Below are positions 52,193 to 61,265 of a DNA stretch of 64,000 nt, in pieces. How positions within the stretch are numbered: the first letter of the stretch is position 1; every line of letters begins with the position of its first letter. The translations under genes were made by a program, and so were the position numbers. A model generated the notes under the pieces. That model had not been told where the DNA came from, made no database searches, and saw nothing but the letters and a program-made list of their open reading frames with translations. Source of the stretch: Bacilli bacterium. Lineage in GTDB: Bacteria > Bacillota_I > Bacilli_A > RFN20 > CAG-826. Location: NCBI GenBank assembly GCA_022653695.1, contig JALCSW010000002.1:342605-406604 (forward strand), written 5' to 3'.

Positions 52193-52735
52193 ATGCTCCG
52201 CCTCACCCATGCCGATAGCAAGGACCTTCCCGCCGTCATGAAGCTTTTCCGGCGCGTCCGCGCCTCGCTCGCGGAGGAGGGCAACGCCATGTGGGAAGAC
52301 GGCTATCCCGACGAAACCGACTTCGAAAAAGACGTCGGCGGCCATTGCCTCTATATCGCCAAAAGCGGCGGCCGCGTCGTCGGTTCCGTTTCCGTCGGCT
52401 TCGATCCCCTCGCGGATTTCTTCCCCCTCAGCAAAGACAGCCGCAAACTTTTGGCCTTGCTCGACAAATGCTCGGCCAAGGAGGAAGACAGCTTGCTTAT
52501 CATCCACCGGCTCATGGTCGATCCCATGGATCGCCGCAAAGGCGTCGCGAGCGACCTCGTCGATTACCTAAAAGGCCTTTATCCCCATCGCCTTTGGATC
52601 TTTTCCGCGACCCCTTCCAACGCCGCGGCGATATCCTTCTACGAAAAGAAAGGATTCCTGAACCTGGGGCCCTACGACTTCGAGTTCGGCGCCTTCTCGC
52701 GGCAGATTCTTTTCTGCAGCCCCCACACGCGGTGA
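52193..52735 (+). CDS. GNAT-family N-acetyltransferase
   Basis: HRLMVDPMDRRKGVAS (acetyl-CoA loop) and FYEKKGF. Start taken at ATG 52193 (MLRLTHAD), 6 nt after TATAGT (52181-52186). The alternative ATG at 52175 would lie upstream of that -10. Confidence 0.75.
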   Translation: MLRLTHADSKDLPAVMKLFRRVRASLAEEGNAMWEDGYPDETDFEKDVGGHCLYIAKSGGRVVGSVSVGFDPLADFFPLSKDSRKLLALLDKCSAKEEDSLLIIHRLMVDPMDRRKGVASDLVDYLKGLYPHRLWIFSATPSNAAAISFYEKKGFLNLGPYDFEFGAFSRQILFCSPHTR

Positions 52736-54466
52736 TCAGGAGGCGAATTGCGACGTATAAAGCTCGTAATAGAAGCCCTTTTTCGCCATGAGTTGATCAT
52801 GGTTGCCCCGCTCGAATATCTCCCCGTCTTTCATGACCAGGATGAGATCGCTTGAGCGGATGGTCGACAGACGGTGGGCGACGACGAGGCTCGTCTTGCC
52901 CTTCATCAGGGTCTTGAAGGACTCATTGAGGGTGGCTTCGGTCCGCAAATCGATGTTGCTCGTGGCTTCGTCAAGGATGACGATCTCGGGCTTGAGGAGC
53001 ATGACCCGCGCCACGCAGATGAGCTGCTTCTCCCCGACGGAGAGGCCCGACGAATCGGAAATGAAGGTGTCGTAGCCATGGGGCAAACGGCCGATGAAGC
53101 CCGCCGCCTGGGCCATTTTGGCCGCCACCTCGACTTCCTTCAGGCTCGCCTCGGGCTTCGCGTAAGCGATGTTGTCGCGGACCGTGCCCCTAAAAATCCA
53201 GGTATCCTGCAAAACCATGCCGATGTGGCTGCGGAAAGAGGCCTTCTCCAAATCCTGAGTCGATATCCCGTTCGCGTAGAAGGCCCCGTTTTGGGGATCG
53301 TAGAAGCGCATCAGCAAATTGATGAGGGTCGTCTTGCCGCAACCCGTCGGACCGACGAGGGCGATCCGATGGCCCTTATGGATATCGAGCGAGAAGTCCT
53401 TGATGATTTTCCGCGAGGGATCGTAAGAGAAATCGAGGTTCTTCGCCTCCAAACGATCGACGGGGCCCGAAAGGGCTTTTTTCCCTTCGTTGACGTCGCG
53501 GGGGGCCTTGACGGCGGCGTCGATCCGCCTAAAGGAAGCGTAAGCGTAGTCGATATCCGCCACGACGTCGCTGATTTCGTTGAAAGGCTGCATGTAGTTG
53601 GCGGCGTAAACGAGGAACGCCGAGAGGTCGCCAACGGCGAAGGCAACCCCGAGTTTGACGTCCTTGATGATAAAGAGGACGCCGGCCGTGATGACGATCG
53701 CGTTGATCGAATAGTTGATGAGACGGGTCGAGGGGTTGATAAGGCTGGCCCCGATCGCGGCCTGGTAGCTGTTGCCCCGGAACCGCTCGTTGAGGGCGTC
53801 GAAGTCGTTTTCGCGGCTCTTCTTAAGGCCGAGCGTCTCCACTGCCTCGCGGTTATTAAGGCTCTCGAGCGAGAAACCCGACAATTTGCCCGAATCGGAA
53901 GCCTGAGCCTTGAAAAACCGGGAGTTGTGGCGGCTCACGAAACGGGAAACCACCATGCTTAAGGGCGTCAACCCGACGACGATGAGGGCGAGGGCCCAAT
54001 TGAGGTAGAACATGAAGCCAAGGGTGATGGCGATCGCGACGACCCCGTCGAAAAGGGCCGTGAAGCCAAGGACCAAGCCGTTCTGCACGTTCTCGACGTC
54101 GTTGACGAGGACCTGCACGAGATCGCCCCGTTCCTTGGAATCGAGGTAGGAGACCGGCGCCCCCAGGTAACTCCCATCCACGAGCAAGCGGATCCGCTTG
54201 ACGACGTTTTGGCCCACGAGGGCGGTCAGGAAATCGAAGGCGAAGCGGAAAAGGGTCCCTATCGCCACGAGGACGACGATGACCATGACGTAGCGGCCGA
54301 GCCGCTCCATGTCGACGGCGCCTTTGGCGAATTCGTCGATGGCCTTGCCGGCGAGGAACGGAACGGAAAGCTTGGCTCCGATGGCGAGGAAAGCGCACGC
54401 GAGCGCAAACCCTAGCTTCAGGCGCGAGCCAACCAAATACGGTTGCAATTCCTTGATCTTTTTCAT
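52736..54466 (-). CDS. ABC exporter half-transporter (TMD-NBD), consensus NBD with a deviant signature motif
   Basis: Start at ATG 54466 (MKKIKELQPY), in ATGA overlap. Walker A GPTGCGKTT, signature LSVGEKQL, Walker B VILDEATS, H-loop AHRLST. Confidence 0.85.
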   Translation of the reverse strand: MKKIKELQPYLVGSRLKLGFALACAFLAIGAKLSVPFLAGKAIDEFAKGAVDMERLGRYVMVIVVLVAIGTLFRFAFDFLTALVGQNVVKRIRLLVDGSYLGAPVSYLDSKERGDLVQVLVNDVENVQNGLVLGFTALFDGVVAIAITLGFMFYLNWALALIVVGLTPLSMVVSRFVSRHNSRFFKAQASDSGKLSGFSLESLNNREAVETLGLKKSRENDFDALNERFRGNSYQAAIGASLINPSTRLINYSINAIVITAGVLFIIKDVKLGVAFAVGDLSAFLVYAANYMQPFNEISDVVADIDYAYASFRRIDAAVKAPRDVNEGKKALSGPVDRLEAKNLDFSYDPSRKIIKDFSLDIHKGHRIALVGPTGCGKTTLINLLMRFYDPQNGAFYANGISTQDLEKASFRSHIGMVLQDTWIFRGTVRDNIAYAKPEASLKEVEVAAKMAQAAGFIGRLPHGYDTFISDSSGLSVGEKQLICVARVMLLKPEIVILDEATSNIDLRTEATLNESFKTLMKGKTSLVVAHRLSTIRSSDLILVMKDGEIFERGNHDQLMAKKGFYYELYTSQFAS

Positions 54467-56202
54467 TGGGCCCGCACCTGCATTTCGTAAATCTCTCGAT
54501 AAAGCGGGCATGAGGCCAGCAGTTCCTGGTGGGTGCCCGTCCCGACGATTCGGCCTTCCTCATAGACCATGATCCGATCGCAACCCGTGAGCGAGGTGGC
54601 GCGCTGGGAGACGATGATTTTGGTGAGGTTCTTCCGTTTGGCCAGATTGGCGCGCACCTTCTTGTCGCTCAGGTAGTCGAGGGCGCTCATGCTGTCGTCG
54701 AGGATGAGGACGTCCCCGCCGTGAAGAAGGCCGCGGGCGATAAGAAGCCGTTGCCGCTGCCCGCCCGAGAGGTTGGCCCCGCCCTGCTCGATCGGGTGGT
54801 CCAAAAAGTCGCCGTAGCGGGACACGAATTCATAGGCCAGAGAATCCTTTAGGGCGCCGACGAGCTCCTCCTCGGCGGCATCGGGTTTGCCCAAAAGGAG
54901 ATTGCTCCGCACGGTGCCAAGGAAAAGCGCGGGCTTTTGGGAAACGAACGAGATTTCCCGACGAAGCGAATCGAGATCGTATTCCTCAAGGGGCAAGCCC
55001 CGGTAAAGGATGCGGCCATGGCTCGGCTCATAAAGCCGCTCCAGGAGGGCGATGGTCGAGCTTTTGCCGCTGCCGGTTCCGCCGATGAGGCCGACGGTCG
55101 AGCCGGAGGCGATGGCGAAGCTCAAACCGCGGACGGCCGGCTTGCCGCCTTCTTGCCCATAGGTGAGCGAGACGTCCTGAAAAACGACGAGCGGGGCGCC
55201 CGCCACGGCGTCTTTTTCGCCCCAAAGGGCCCGATTCTCGATGGCGGGCTTGAGGTCAAGGAAAGCGTCGACGCGGCGTTTGCTCGCGAAGGCCTTGTTG
55301 AGCGAGACGATGAGGCGCGAGAACATGACGAGGGCCGCCAAAGAGGAAGTGAGATAGGAAATGAGGGCGATGACGCTTCCTGAAGTGAAGGTGGATGAGC
55401 CGCCGCCGATGAGGCGCCCCCCCAGATACACCACGATGGCGATCCCGAGGTTGATGAAGAAAAAGGTGAGCGGGTTGATGAAGGCGTTTATCTTGCCGAT
55501 GGAGATGCCATCCTGACGGTACTTCTCGCTGGCTTGGTCGAACTTGGCCTTCTCGAACCCCTCTTTGTCGAAAGCCCGGATGGGGCGGGCGCCCTTAAGC
55601 GAATCGCTCCCGAGGGCGCTGATGCCGTCAAGGTCGCTTTGGAGGGCGGCGTAGCGTTTCGGGGACAGGGCGACCACCGCCCCGAGGACGGCGCTCGAAA
55701 GAAGGATGACGACCAAAAAAACGAGGCCGGCCCGATAGTCGACGACGAAACTCAAAACCGTGGACCCGAGGATGAGCATCGGGCTGCGGGCCAGCAAACG
55801 CATATACATCATGACCCCGTTTTGAAGGATGAAGGCGTCGCTGTTGATGAGGGTGAGCGCCTTTTCTTTCCCGAAACCGTCGACTTGCTTGTCGCTCAAT
55901 TCGCCAAGATGGGCGAACATCCTCTTGCGCAGATCGTAACCGTAATCGGCGCTGACGCGGGAAGCGAGCCATTGGGCGATCATGGTGACCCCAAAGCCAA
56001 GGACGGCCATCCCCAGCATGACGGCGCCCAGGACCAAGGTGTATTCCCAATCCTTGTTGGCGACCCCGCGATCGATCATGTATTTGGTGAGAAACGGCGT
56101 GAAAAGCTCGCTCGCCACCTCGAAAAGCTTCAAAAGGGGCCCGATGATGACCTGGACCTTGTATCTCTTGAGCGGCTTAAGGCTCGGGGAGTTCCTGAAC
56201 AT
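54463..56202 (-). CDS. ABC exporter half-transporter (TMD-NBD), degenerate catalytic site
   Basis: Walker A GGTGSGKSS and signature LSGGQRQR. Walker B LILDDS has Asp in place of the catalytic Glu. The H-loop reads SQRATS, with Gln in place of His. Confidence 0.85.
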   Translation of the reverse strand: MFRNSPSLKPLKRYKVQVIIGPLLKLFEVASELFTPFLTKYMIDRGVANKDWEYTLVLGAVMLGMAVLGFGVTMIAQWLASRVSADYGYDLRKRMFAHLGELSDKQVDGFGKEKALTLINSDAFILQNGVMMYMRLLARSPMLILGSTVLSFVVDYRAGLVFLVVILLSSAVLGAVVALSPKRYAALQSDLDGISALGSDSLKGARPIRAFDKEGFEKAKFDQASEKYRQDGISIGKINAFINPLTFFFINLGIAIVVYLGGRLIGGGSSTFTSGSVIALISYLTSSLAALVMFSRLIVSLNKAFASKRRVDAFLDLKPAIENRALWGEKDAVAGAPLVVFQDVSLTYGQEGGKPAVRGLSFAIASGSTVGLIGGTGSGKSSTIALLERLYEPSHGRILYRGLPLEEYDLDSLRREISFVSQKPALFLGTVRSNLLLGKPDAAEEELVGALKDSLAYEFVSRYGDFLDHPIEQGGANLSGGQRQRLLIARGLLHGGDVLILDDSMSALDYLSDKKVRANLAKRKNLTKIIVSQRATSLTGCDRIMVYEEGRIVGTGTHQELLASCPLYREIYEMQVRAQ

Positions 56203-56211
56203 CGTTCTCTC

Positions 56212-57600
56212 CTAAGCCTTGCCCCCGCCGTCCTTGAGTTGCTTGCGCTTGATGGGGCCGCGAAAGAAAACCAGCGAAAGAACGGGCCTTTCGTTGCCCC
56301 CCTCATCCACTATGAAATCCCAACCGTCGGTGGAGTTTCCGCCGATTTTGCCGAAAACGGCGCCGTTGCCGACCCTAACGTCGCTGACGTCGACGAAATC
56401 CCAATGGATCGATCCAGGCACGAAACCGCAGAACAAATTGCCGGCATCCACCACCAGCGCGGGAACGCGGGCGGCGATGTCGAATGAGCATTCATGGGCC
56501 TCTTTGTCGAAGTCGACCCCGGAAATGGCCCCGCCCTGAAGGGTCAGGAAAGAAGGGGAGGAGGCGACTTCCCCGATCGTGTCGTCGAAAGTGTCGTTAT
56601 CGAAAACCGGATCCTGGCGCATAAGGCTGAATTTTTTGGCCAAATCGGCGATTTTCTTCGTGACTTCCCTTAGCGTCATTTCGCTTTCCGCGGTGGCTAG
56701 ACCCGCCGACCTCATGAGCTCAAAACCGAATTTGGCGTACAGGAAGTAACGAAGGGCCACGCGGGGATCCTTGCCAAAAGGCGTCCCATAGAGGAAGAAG
56801 ACCCCCAAACGGAAGGCCACGTCCGGAAAAACGTTTATCTCCTTGCCGCCGCTGGCGACGAAACGAGCGTAGCAGTCGGGCCAAACGCTCGAGAGCACGT
56901 CAAAGGCGAACTCCTGGTTTTTCTCCACGAAAACCCCGCGGATGTAGCAGTCGGCGAAATGGACGAGGGCATCCATGGAACCCATGGCCATGCCTTTGGC
57001 GTAGCATTCGTAAGCCCCTCTGGGATCCTCTTTGCCAAGCGCCCCGCTTTCGCTCAGTTTCCCAAGGCGGGTCAGCGCCCCCCCGTCGCTGGAAAGGCAT
57101 TTCATCGCGAAATAGGAAAAGGCCGCTTTGGGGTCGGCGGGCGTGAATTCGCTCCCGTTTTCGTAAAGTTCGCCCAAATCGTAGGCGGCTTGGCTGTCGC
57201 CGCGGCCCGCCAAAAGGGAGAGATATTGGATGTAGAGGTTCTCGTTCACCCGCTTGTGGGTGATGGCCCCGCGTTTGTAGCGCTCGACGTATTTGAGGGC
57301 CGCGTCGGGGTGCTTTCCCATGTAATCGTCGCCATAATAGGCAAGGTTCAGCTCTTTTAGGTCCGCCTTGCCAAAAGGGATGCCGCAAGCGTCGCCGATG
57401 ACGGCGTCCATGCCGCAAATGGGGCAGATGGCGGTCACCCCATCCTTGTCGTTGACCCAGTCGTTCACGTCCCGGGCGCTATAGCTTTGACGGCAAAAAT
57501 AGCAAGAGCAGGTCTTGCTTTTGATGATTTCGATCTCGTTGTGCTTGGAGTGTTTGGCAAGCTCCATCAGTTCCTTCTCGTTTTTCATAAGTGTAATCAT
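56212..57600 (-). CDS. Sel1-repeat (SLR/TPR-like) protein with an N-terminal Cys-rich module and an unknown C-terminal domain
   Basis: Start at ATG 57600 or 57588 (MITLMKNEKEL). CSCYFC...CPICG cluster. Several Sel1-like units follow (AAYDLGELYENG, AFSYFAMK, GAYECYAKGMAMGSMDAL). The ORF-track start 57753 is an upstream extension. Confidence 0.65.
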   Translation of the reverse strand: MITLMKNEKELMELAKHSKHNEIEIIKSKTCSCYFCRQSYSARDVNDWVNDKDGVTAICPICGMDAVIGDACGIPFGKADLKELNLAYYGDDYMGKHPDAALKYVERYKRGAITHKRVNENLYIQYLSLLAGRGDSQAAYDLGELYENGSEFTPADPKAAFSYFAMKCLSSDGGALTRLGKLSESGALGKEDPRGAYECYAKGMAMGSMDALVHFADCYIRGVFVEKNQEFAFDVLSSVWPDCYARFVASGGKEINVFPDVAFRLGVFFLYGTPFGKDPRVALRYFLYAKFGFELMRSAGLATAESEMTLREVTKKIADLAKKFSLMRQDPVFDNDTFDDTIGEVASSPSFLTLQGGAISGVDFDKEAHECSFDIAARVPALVVDAGNLFCGFVPGSIHWDFVDVSDVRVGNGAVFGKIGGNSTDGWDFIVDEGGNERPVLSLVFFRGPIKRKQLKDGGGKA

Positions 57601-57682
57601 AACACGGCGGCGCGGGTGCGCGCGAAGCAAGACTTCCCCCACTGGCGAAGCCCCGCCAGGAAAGATACAATCATAGATAAAG

Positions 57683-58645
57683 ATGAAAAAGAAAATCCTC
57701 GCCGTTCCTTTTTTCGGAATCCTCGCCCTTTTGCTCGTCTTCGCGGCCCTCATCGCCGTCGGAACCGTCTATGACCTCCGGATTTCCGAGGCGTTCGTCC
57801 GACTCGGCAACCCCTTCGGGATGGCTTTCGCTTTGATTGGCAAGTATCCCGCTTACGCTCTCCTTGGGGCCTCCGGCATCCTTTTTTTCCTCAGCAGGCG
57901 GGGAAAGAAAGGGGCTTTCGGCCAAGCCGTCTCGTTTCTCCTCCTGTTTGGGCTTCCTCTAATCGCCGGAGCCCTTTATGGGTACGACGACATCCACGAA
58001 AGCCTTTCGAGCGCCGCGCTTTCTTGCCTCTTGGGGATCGCGGGGCTCGCCCCCGCCGAAATCGGCCTTTATTTCCTTTTTAGGAATGCCGAGGGGAAAG
58101 AGGCCTTCAATGCCGGGATGGCTTTTTTCTTTTCCTTCGTCATCGTCCTCGCCCTTTGCTTTTTGCTCAAAAGCGCCGCGAGCCGGCCGCGGTATCTTTT
58201 CCTCGTCTCAATGGAGGGAGGGACGCGGTACTATCAGCCTTGGTACTCCTTCAACAACGCGGTGAGGGAAGCCTTTCCCGACGAGAACCCATCGAGTTTC
58301 GCCTCATGGCCCAGCGCCCATGCGGCCCTCGCCTCCCTCGCCGTTCTCACCGCCCTTTTCCCACGTCTCAACGGAAAGTTGAAAGGGAAAGGCGCGTATT
58401 TTTTCCTCATTGGCGAAATATGGGCCCTGCTTGTCGCGCTCGCCCGCCTTTCGGATGGCTCGCACTTCCTTAGCGACGTCTCCTGGGGCGCTTTGATCGG
58501 CACCGGAATCGGAACGCTCGTGGCCTATCTTATCTATGGTCGCGGATTCGAACGGAAAGAGGGAAAGCCACTTAGAAAAACCAAGAGGGTGAAAGCCAAG
58601 CGCCGCGGCGAAAAGGAAGGCGGCGCCTTCGAAATCGACCTCTAG
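57683..58645 (+). CDS. PAP2-family membrane phosphatase
   Basis: The three PAP2 motifs: KSAASRPR, SWPSAHA, ARLSDGSHFLSDV. 320 aa, polytopic, with a basic tail. Confidence 0.8.
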   Translation: MKKKILAVPFFGILALLLVFAALIAVGTVYDLRISEAFVRLGNPFGMAFALIGKYPAYALLGASGILFFLSRRGKKGAFGQAVSFLLLFGLPLIAGALYGYDDIHESLSSAALSCLLGIAGLAPAEIGLYFLFRNAEGKEAFNAGMAFFFSFVIVLALCFLLKSAASRPRYLFLVSMEGGTRYYQPWYSFNNAVREAFPDENPSSFASWPSAHAALASLAVLTALFPRLNGKLKGKGAYFFLIGEIWALLVALARLSDGSHFLSDVSWGALIGTGIGTLVAYLIYGRGFERKEGKPLRKTKRVKAKRRGEKEGGAFEIDL

Positions 58646-58740
58646 GGACGTGAACCGCCGGCATGGCGGCCCCCTTTATCCTCCCGCCTTCTTTTTTTCT
58701 TATGGGAAAGGGGCGAGAAACCAATTAGAATGTTTCCGTT

Positions 58741-59628
58741 ATGCCAGCCTCAGCGGGGACTAGGAAACTGAAATTGCCATCACGCTCCCCCACTAAGGAG
58801 CGGATCTTCGAACTCGACTTCATCCGCGGCGCGCTGATGCTGCTGCTCGTTCTTTATCATTTGGCCTACACCCTCGGGAGCGTGAGCCAGTTCTTCCGTT
58901 ACCTCGGAGACGGCCCCGAACCGGCTTGGGTCGTTAACGGCAGCGCCTTCTGGCATTCCTTCTGGTACAGCCAGCCGCTCCTCGTGTTCCAGCTTCTTTT
59001 CTCCAGTTCCTTCTTCTTCCTTTGCGGCGTTTCCTGCGGCTTTTCCCGTCATAACGCCCGGCGGGGCTATTGGCTGCTTTTCATCGCCATGCTCGAGACG
59101 ATCTTCCTTTCCGCCCTCAACCACTACCTCGGCATCGACGTCAACGTCTACATCGGCCTGCTCCACGCCCTTGGGATCGCGATTCTCTTCTACGCCCTCG
59201 TGGACCGCTTCTTCAAGAGCCTTTGGGTCGACTTCTCCCTCGGCGTCCTCTTCCTTGTCCTCTTCGCCCTCTTCTACAACTTCCATGTCCGCTACGATCT
59301 GACGGGCACCGTGATCCAGCCTAATCCTTATTTCTACAAGACCCCGAGCGAGGCCGTCGCCCATTTGGGCGAGCTTTTCCTCGGTTACGCCACGGCGGGT
59401 TCGGACAGTTGGAGCCCGATCCGCCTGTCCGCTTTCGTCTTCCTCGGGGCCTCCGCCAGCAAGGCCCTATACAAGAGGAAGGACAGCCTTTGGAAACCGT
59501 CTTGGCGAAACTGCGTGAGCCCCATCACGTTCTTAGGCCGCCACAGCCTCGTCGTCTATTTGGCCGAGCAAATAATCGTTTTGGCGATTATGTGGTGCGT
59601 TTTGGCTCCGTTTGGTTATACTTTCTAA
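58741..59628 (+). CDS. DUF1624 / HGSNAT-like membrane acyltransferase
   Basis: ERIFELDFIRGALMLLLVLYH N-terminal signature and about 9 TM helices. TAGAAT (58726-58731) lies 9 nt upstream of the ATG. Confidence 0.7.
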   Translation: MPASAGTRKLKLPSRSPTKERIFELDFIRGALMLLLVLYHLAYTLGSVSQFFRYLGDGPEPAWVVNGSAFWHSFWYSQPLLVFQLLFSSSFFFLCGVSCGFSRHNARRGYWLLFIAMLETIFLSALNHYLGIDVNVYIGLLHALGIAILFYALVDRFFKSLWVDFSLGVLFLVLFALFYNFHVRYDLTGTVIQPNPYFYKTPSEAVAHLGELFLGYATAGSDSWSPIRLSAFVFLGASASKALYKRKDSLWKPSWRNCVSPITFLGRHSLVVYLAEQIIVLAIMWCVLAPFGYTF

Positions 59629-59633
59629 TTGAT

Positions 59634-61220
59634 ATGAACACAACCCTATACGCCCAATTCCATCAAGCCGAGGAAGGCTTCCCCCACGAAGAGGCCGTCC
59701 GTTACGAAGGCCGGGTCTGGACGTATGAGCGGCTCAACAAAGAAATCCTCCTCACCGCGGGAAAGCTCGCCGGACTCGGGTTCAAGAAGGGCGATTTGGC
59801 GATGATCGCGCTGCCGAACTGCTTCGCCTCGTTGCTTCTTTTCTACGCGGTGAACGCCCTCGGAGGCGTCAGTTACCCCATCCATCCCCGCACTCCGGCC
59901 GAACAGCTCAAATCCTACCTTAAGCGCAGCCATCCGAAACTCGTCTTCGTCCTCGGTAGAGAGGCCAACCTCATCCATGAGGCCCTGCGCGGGGAAAACG
60001 TCTCCTGCGTCTCGGTAAACCCGTTCTTTGGGGCCGGGCTCCTTAAAAGGATCGCCTACCATGGTTTCTCCCGCCTCGAGAAAGGGATCCTGCGTTTCTC
60101 TTCCCTTAAGAGCGAGAGGATCGACGTCGAAAGGGGCGCGGAAAGCGACTTGGCCATTTGCCTCAACACCGGCGGCACCTCCGGCGAGCCCCGCATCGTG
60201 GCCCTTCAAAACGGAACGATCAACCGCTTGGGCCGCAAAGGCTATCCGCTCATCGGCGGCAAAGTGACCGCCATCAAAATGCTCACGGTCGTCCCGCTTT
60301 GCCACGGATTCGGGCTCGTCATGGGGATCCATACCCCGCTTTCCAACGGGGCGAGCACCGTCCTCATGAACCGCTTCTCGACCAAAACCGCCATCCGCCT
60401 CATCAAAAAAGGGCAGGCCACCGCCATTATCGGCGTGCCGGCGCTCTTCAACGCTTTGCTCTCCAAAGACGCTTTCGCGGGCAAATGGCTCCAAAAGCAG
60501 ATCATCGCCTTCGTCGGGGGCGATTCGGTTCCCGAAAGCCTGCTGACCCGCTGGAACGAAACGATGGAGAAATTCCAAAGCCCGGCCCGGCTTTACCAAG
60601 GCTACGGCCTTACCGAAACCGTGAACGTCAGCAACGTCAACACCGCCAAAAAGCATCGTCTAGGCAGCGTCGGGACGCCTCTTCCGGGGTTGAGCGAAAT
60701 TATCGTCGACCCCAAGACCAACGCCGTGCTTCCGCCCTTGGCGCATGGAGAGATCCTGATCGCGGGCGACACCCTCATGCAAGGGTATCTCGACGGAGGG
60801 GAGAGCGGCTTCGTCGAGGTTGGGGGGACCCGTTACGTCAAAACCGGGGATTATGGCTACTTGGATGAGGACGGATACCTCTTTTTCGAGCAAAGGCTCC
60901 GCCGCATCGTCAAAATCAAAGGCGAGACCGTCTGCCCAAGCCAAGTCGAGAAGGTCGCCCTCTCCTTTTACGAGATTTACGAAGCCTATGCCTATGGGGT
61001 CCCCGACGAGCGGAACGGCCAGGCGATGCATCTGGCCCTCGTGTTCCGGGAAGGCTACGAAAGCGGCGACGCCTCTTTGCTTCTCGACAACCTTTCGACC
61101 CGCCTTAAGAAGAGCCTGCCCGCCTTCGCGATCCCAACCAAAACGTTTTTCCTGAAGTCCCTGCCCAAGACCGCGGTCGGCAAAATCGACGAAGTCGCGA
61201 TCCTAGCCCTCGATAAATAG
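59634..61220 (+). CDS. AMP-dependent synthetase/ligase (acyl-CoA/acyl-AMP ligase family)
   Basis: Start at ATG 59634 (MNTTLYAQFHQAEE). The ORF-track extension from 59409 overlaps the previous gene. Motifs: NTGGTSGEPR (AMP-binding), YGLTE, TGDYGYLDEDGYLFF, and KTAVGKID near the C-terminus. Confidence 0.85.
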   Translation: MNTTLYAQFHQAEEGFPHEEAVRYEGRVWTYERLNKEILLTAGKLAGLGFKKGDLAMIALPNCFASLLLFYAVNALGGVSYPIHPRTPAEQLKSYLKRSHPKLVFVLGREANLIHEALRGENVSCVSVNPFFGAGLLKRIAYHGFSRLEKGILRFSSLKSERIDVERGAESDLAICLNTGGTSGEPRIVALQNGTINRLGRKGYPLIGGKVTAIKMLTVVPLCHGFGLVMGIHTPLSNGASTVLMNRFSTKTAIRLIKKGQATAIIGVPALFNALLSKDAFAGKWLQKQIIAFVGGDSVPESLLTRWNETMEKFQSPARLYQGYGLTETVNVSNVNTAKKHRLGSVGTPLPGLSEIIVDPKTNAVLPPLAHGEILIAGDTLMQGYLDGGESGFVEVGGTRYVKTGDYGYLDEDGYLFFEQRLRRIVKIKGETVCPSQVEKVALSFYEIYEAYAYGVPDERNGQAMHLALVFREGYESGDASLLLDNLSTRLKKSLPAFAIPTKTFFLKSLPKTAVGKIDEVAILALDK

Positions 61221-61265
61221 AAGCAAAACCCTTTTCGCGAAGAAGCGGGATTCGGCGAGGAAACG

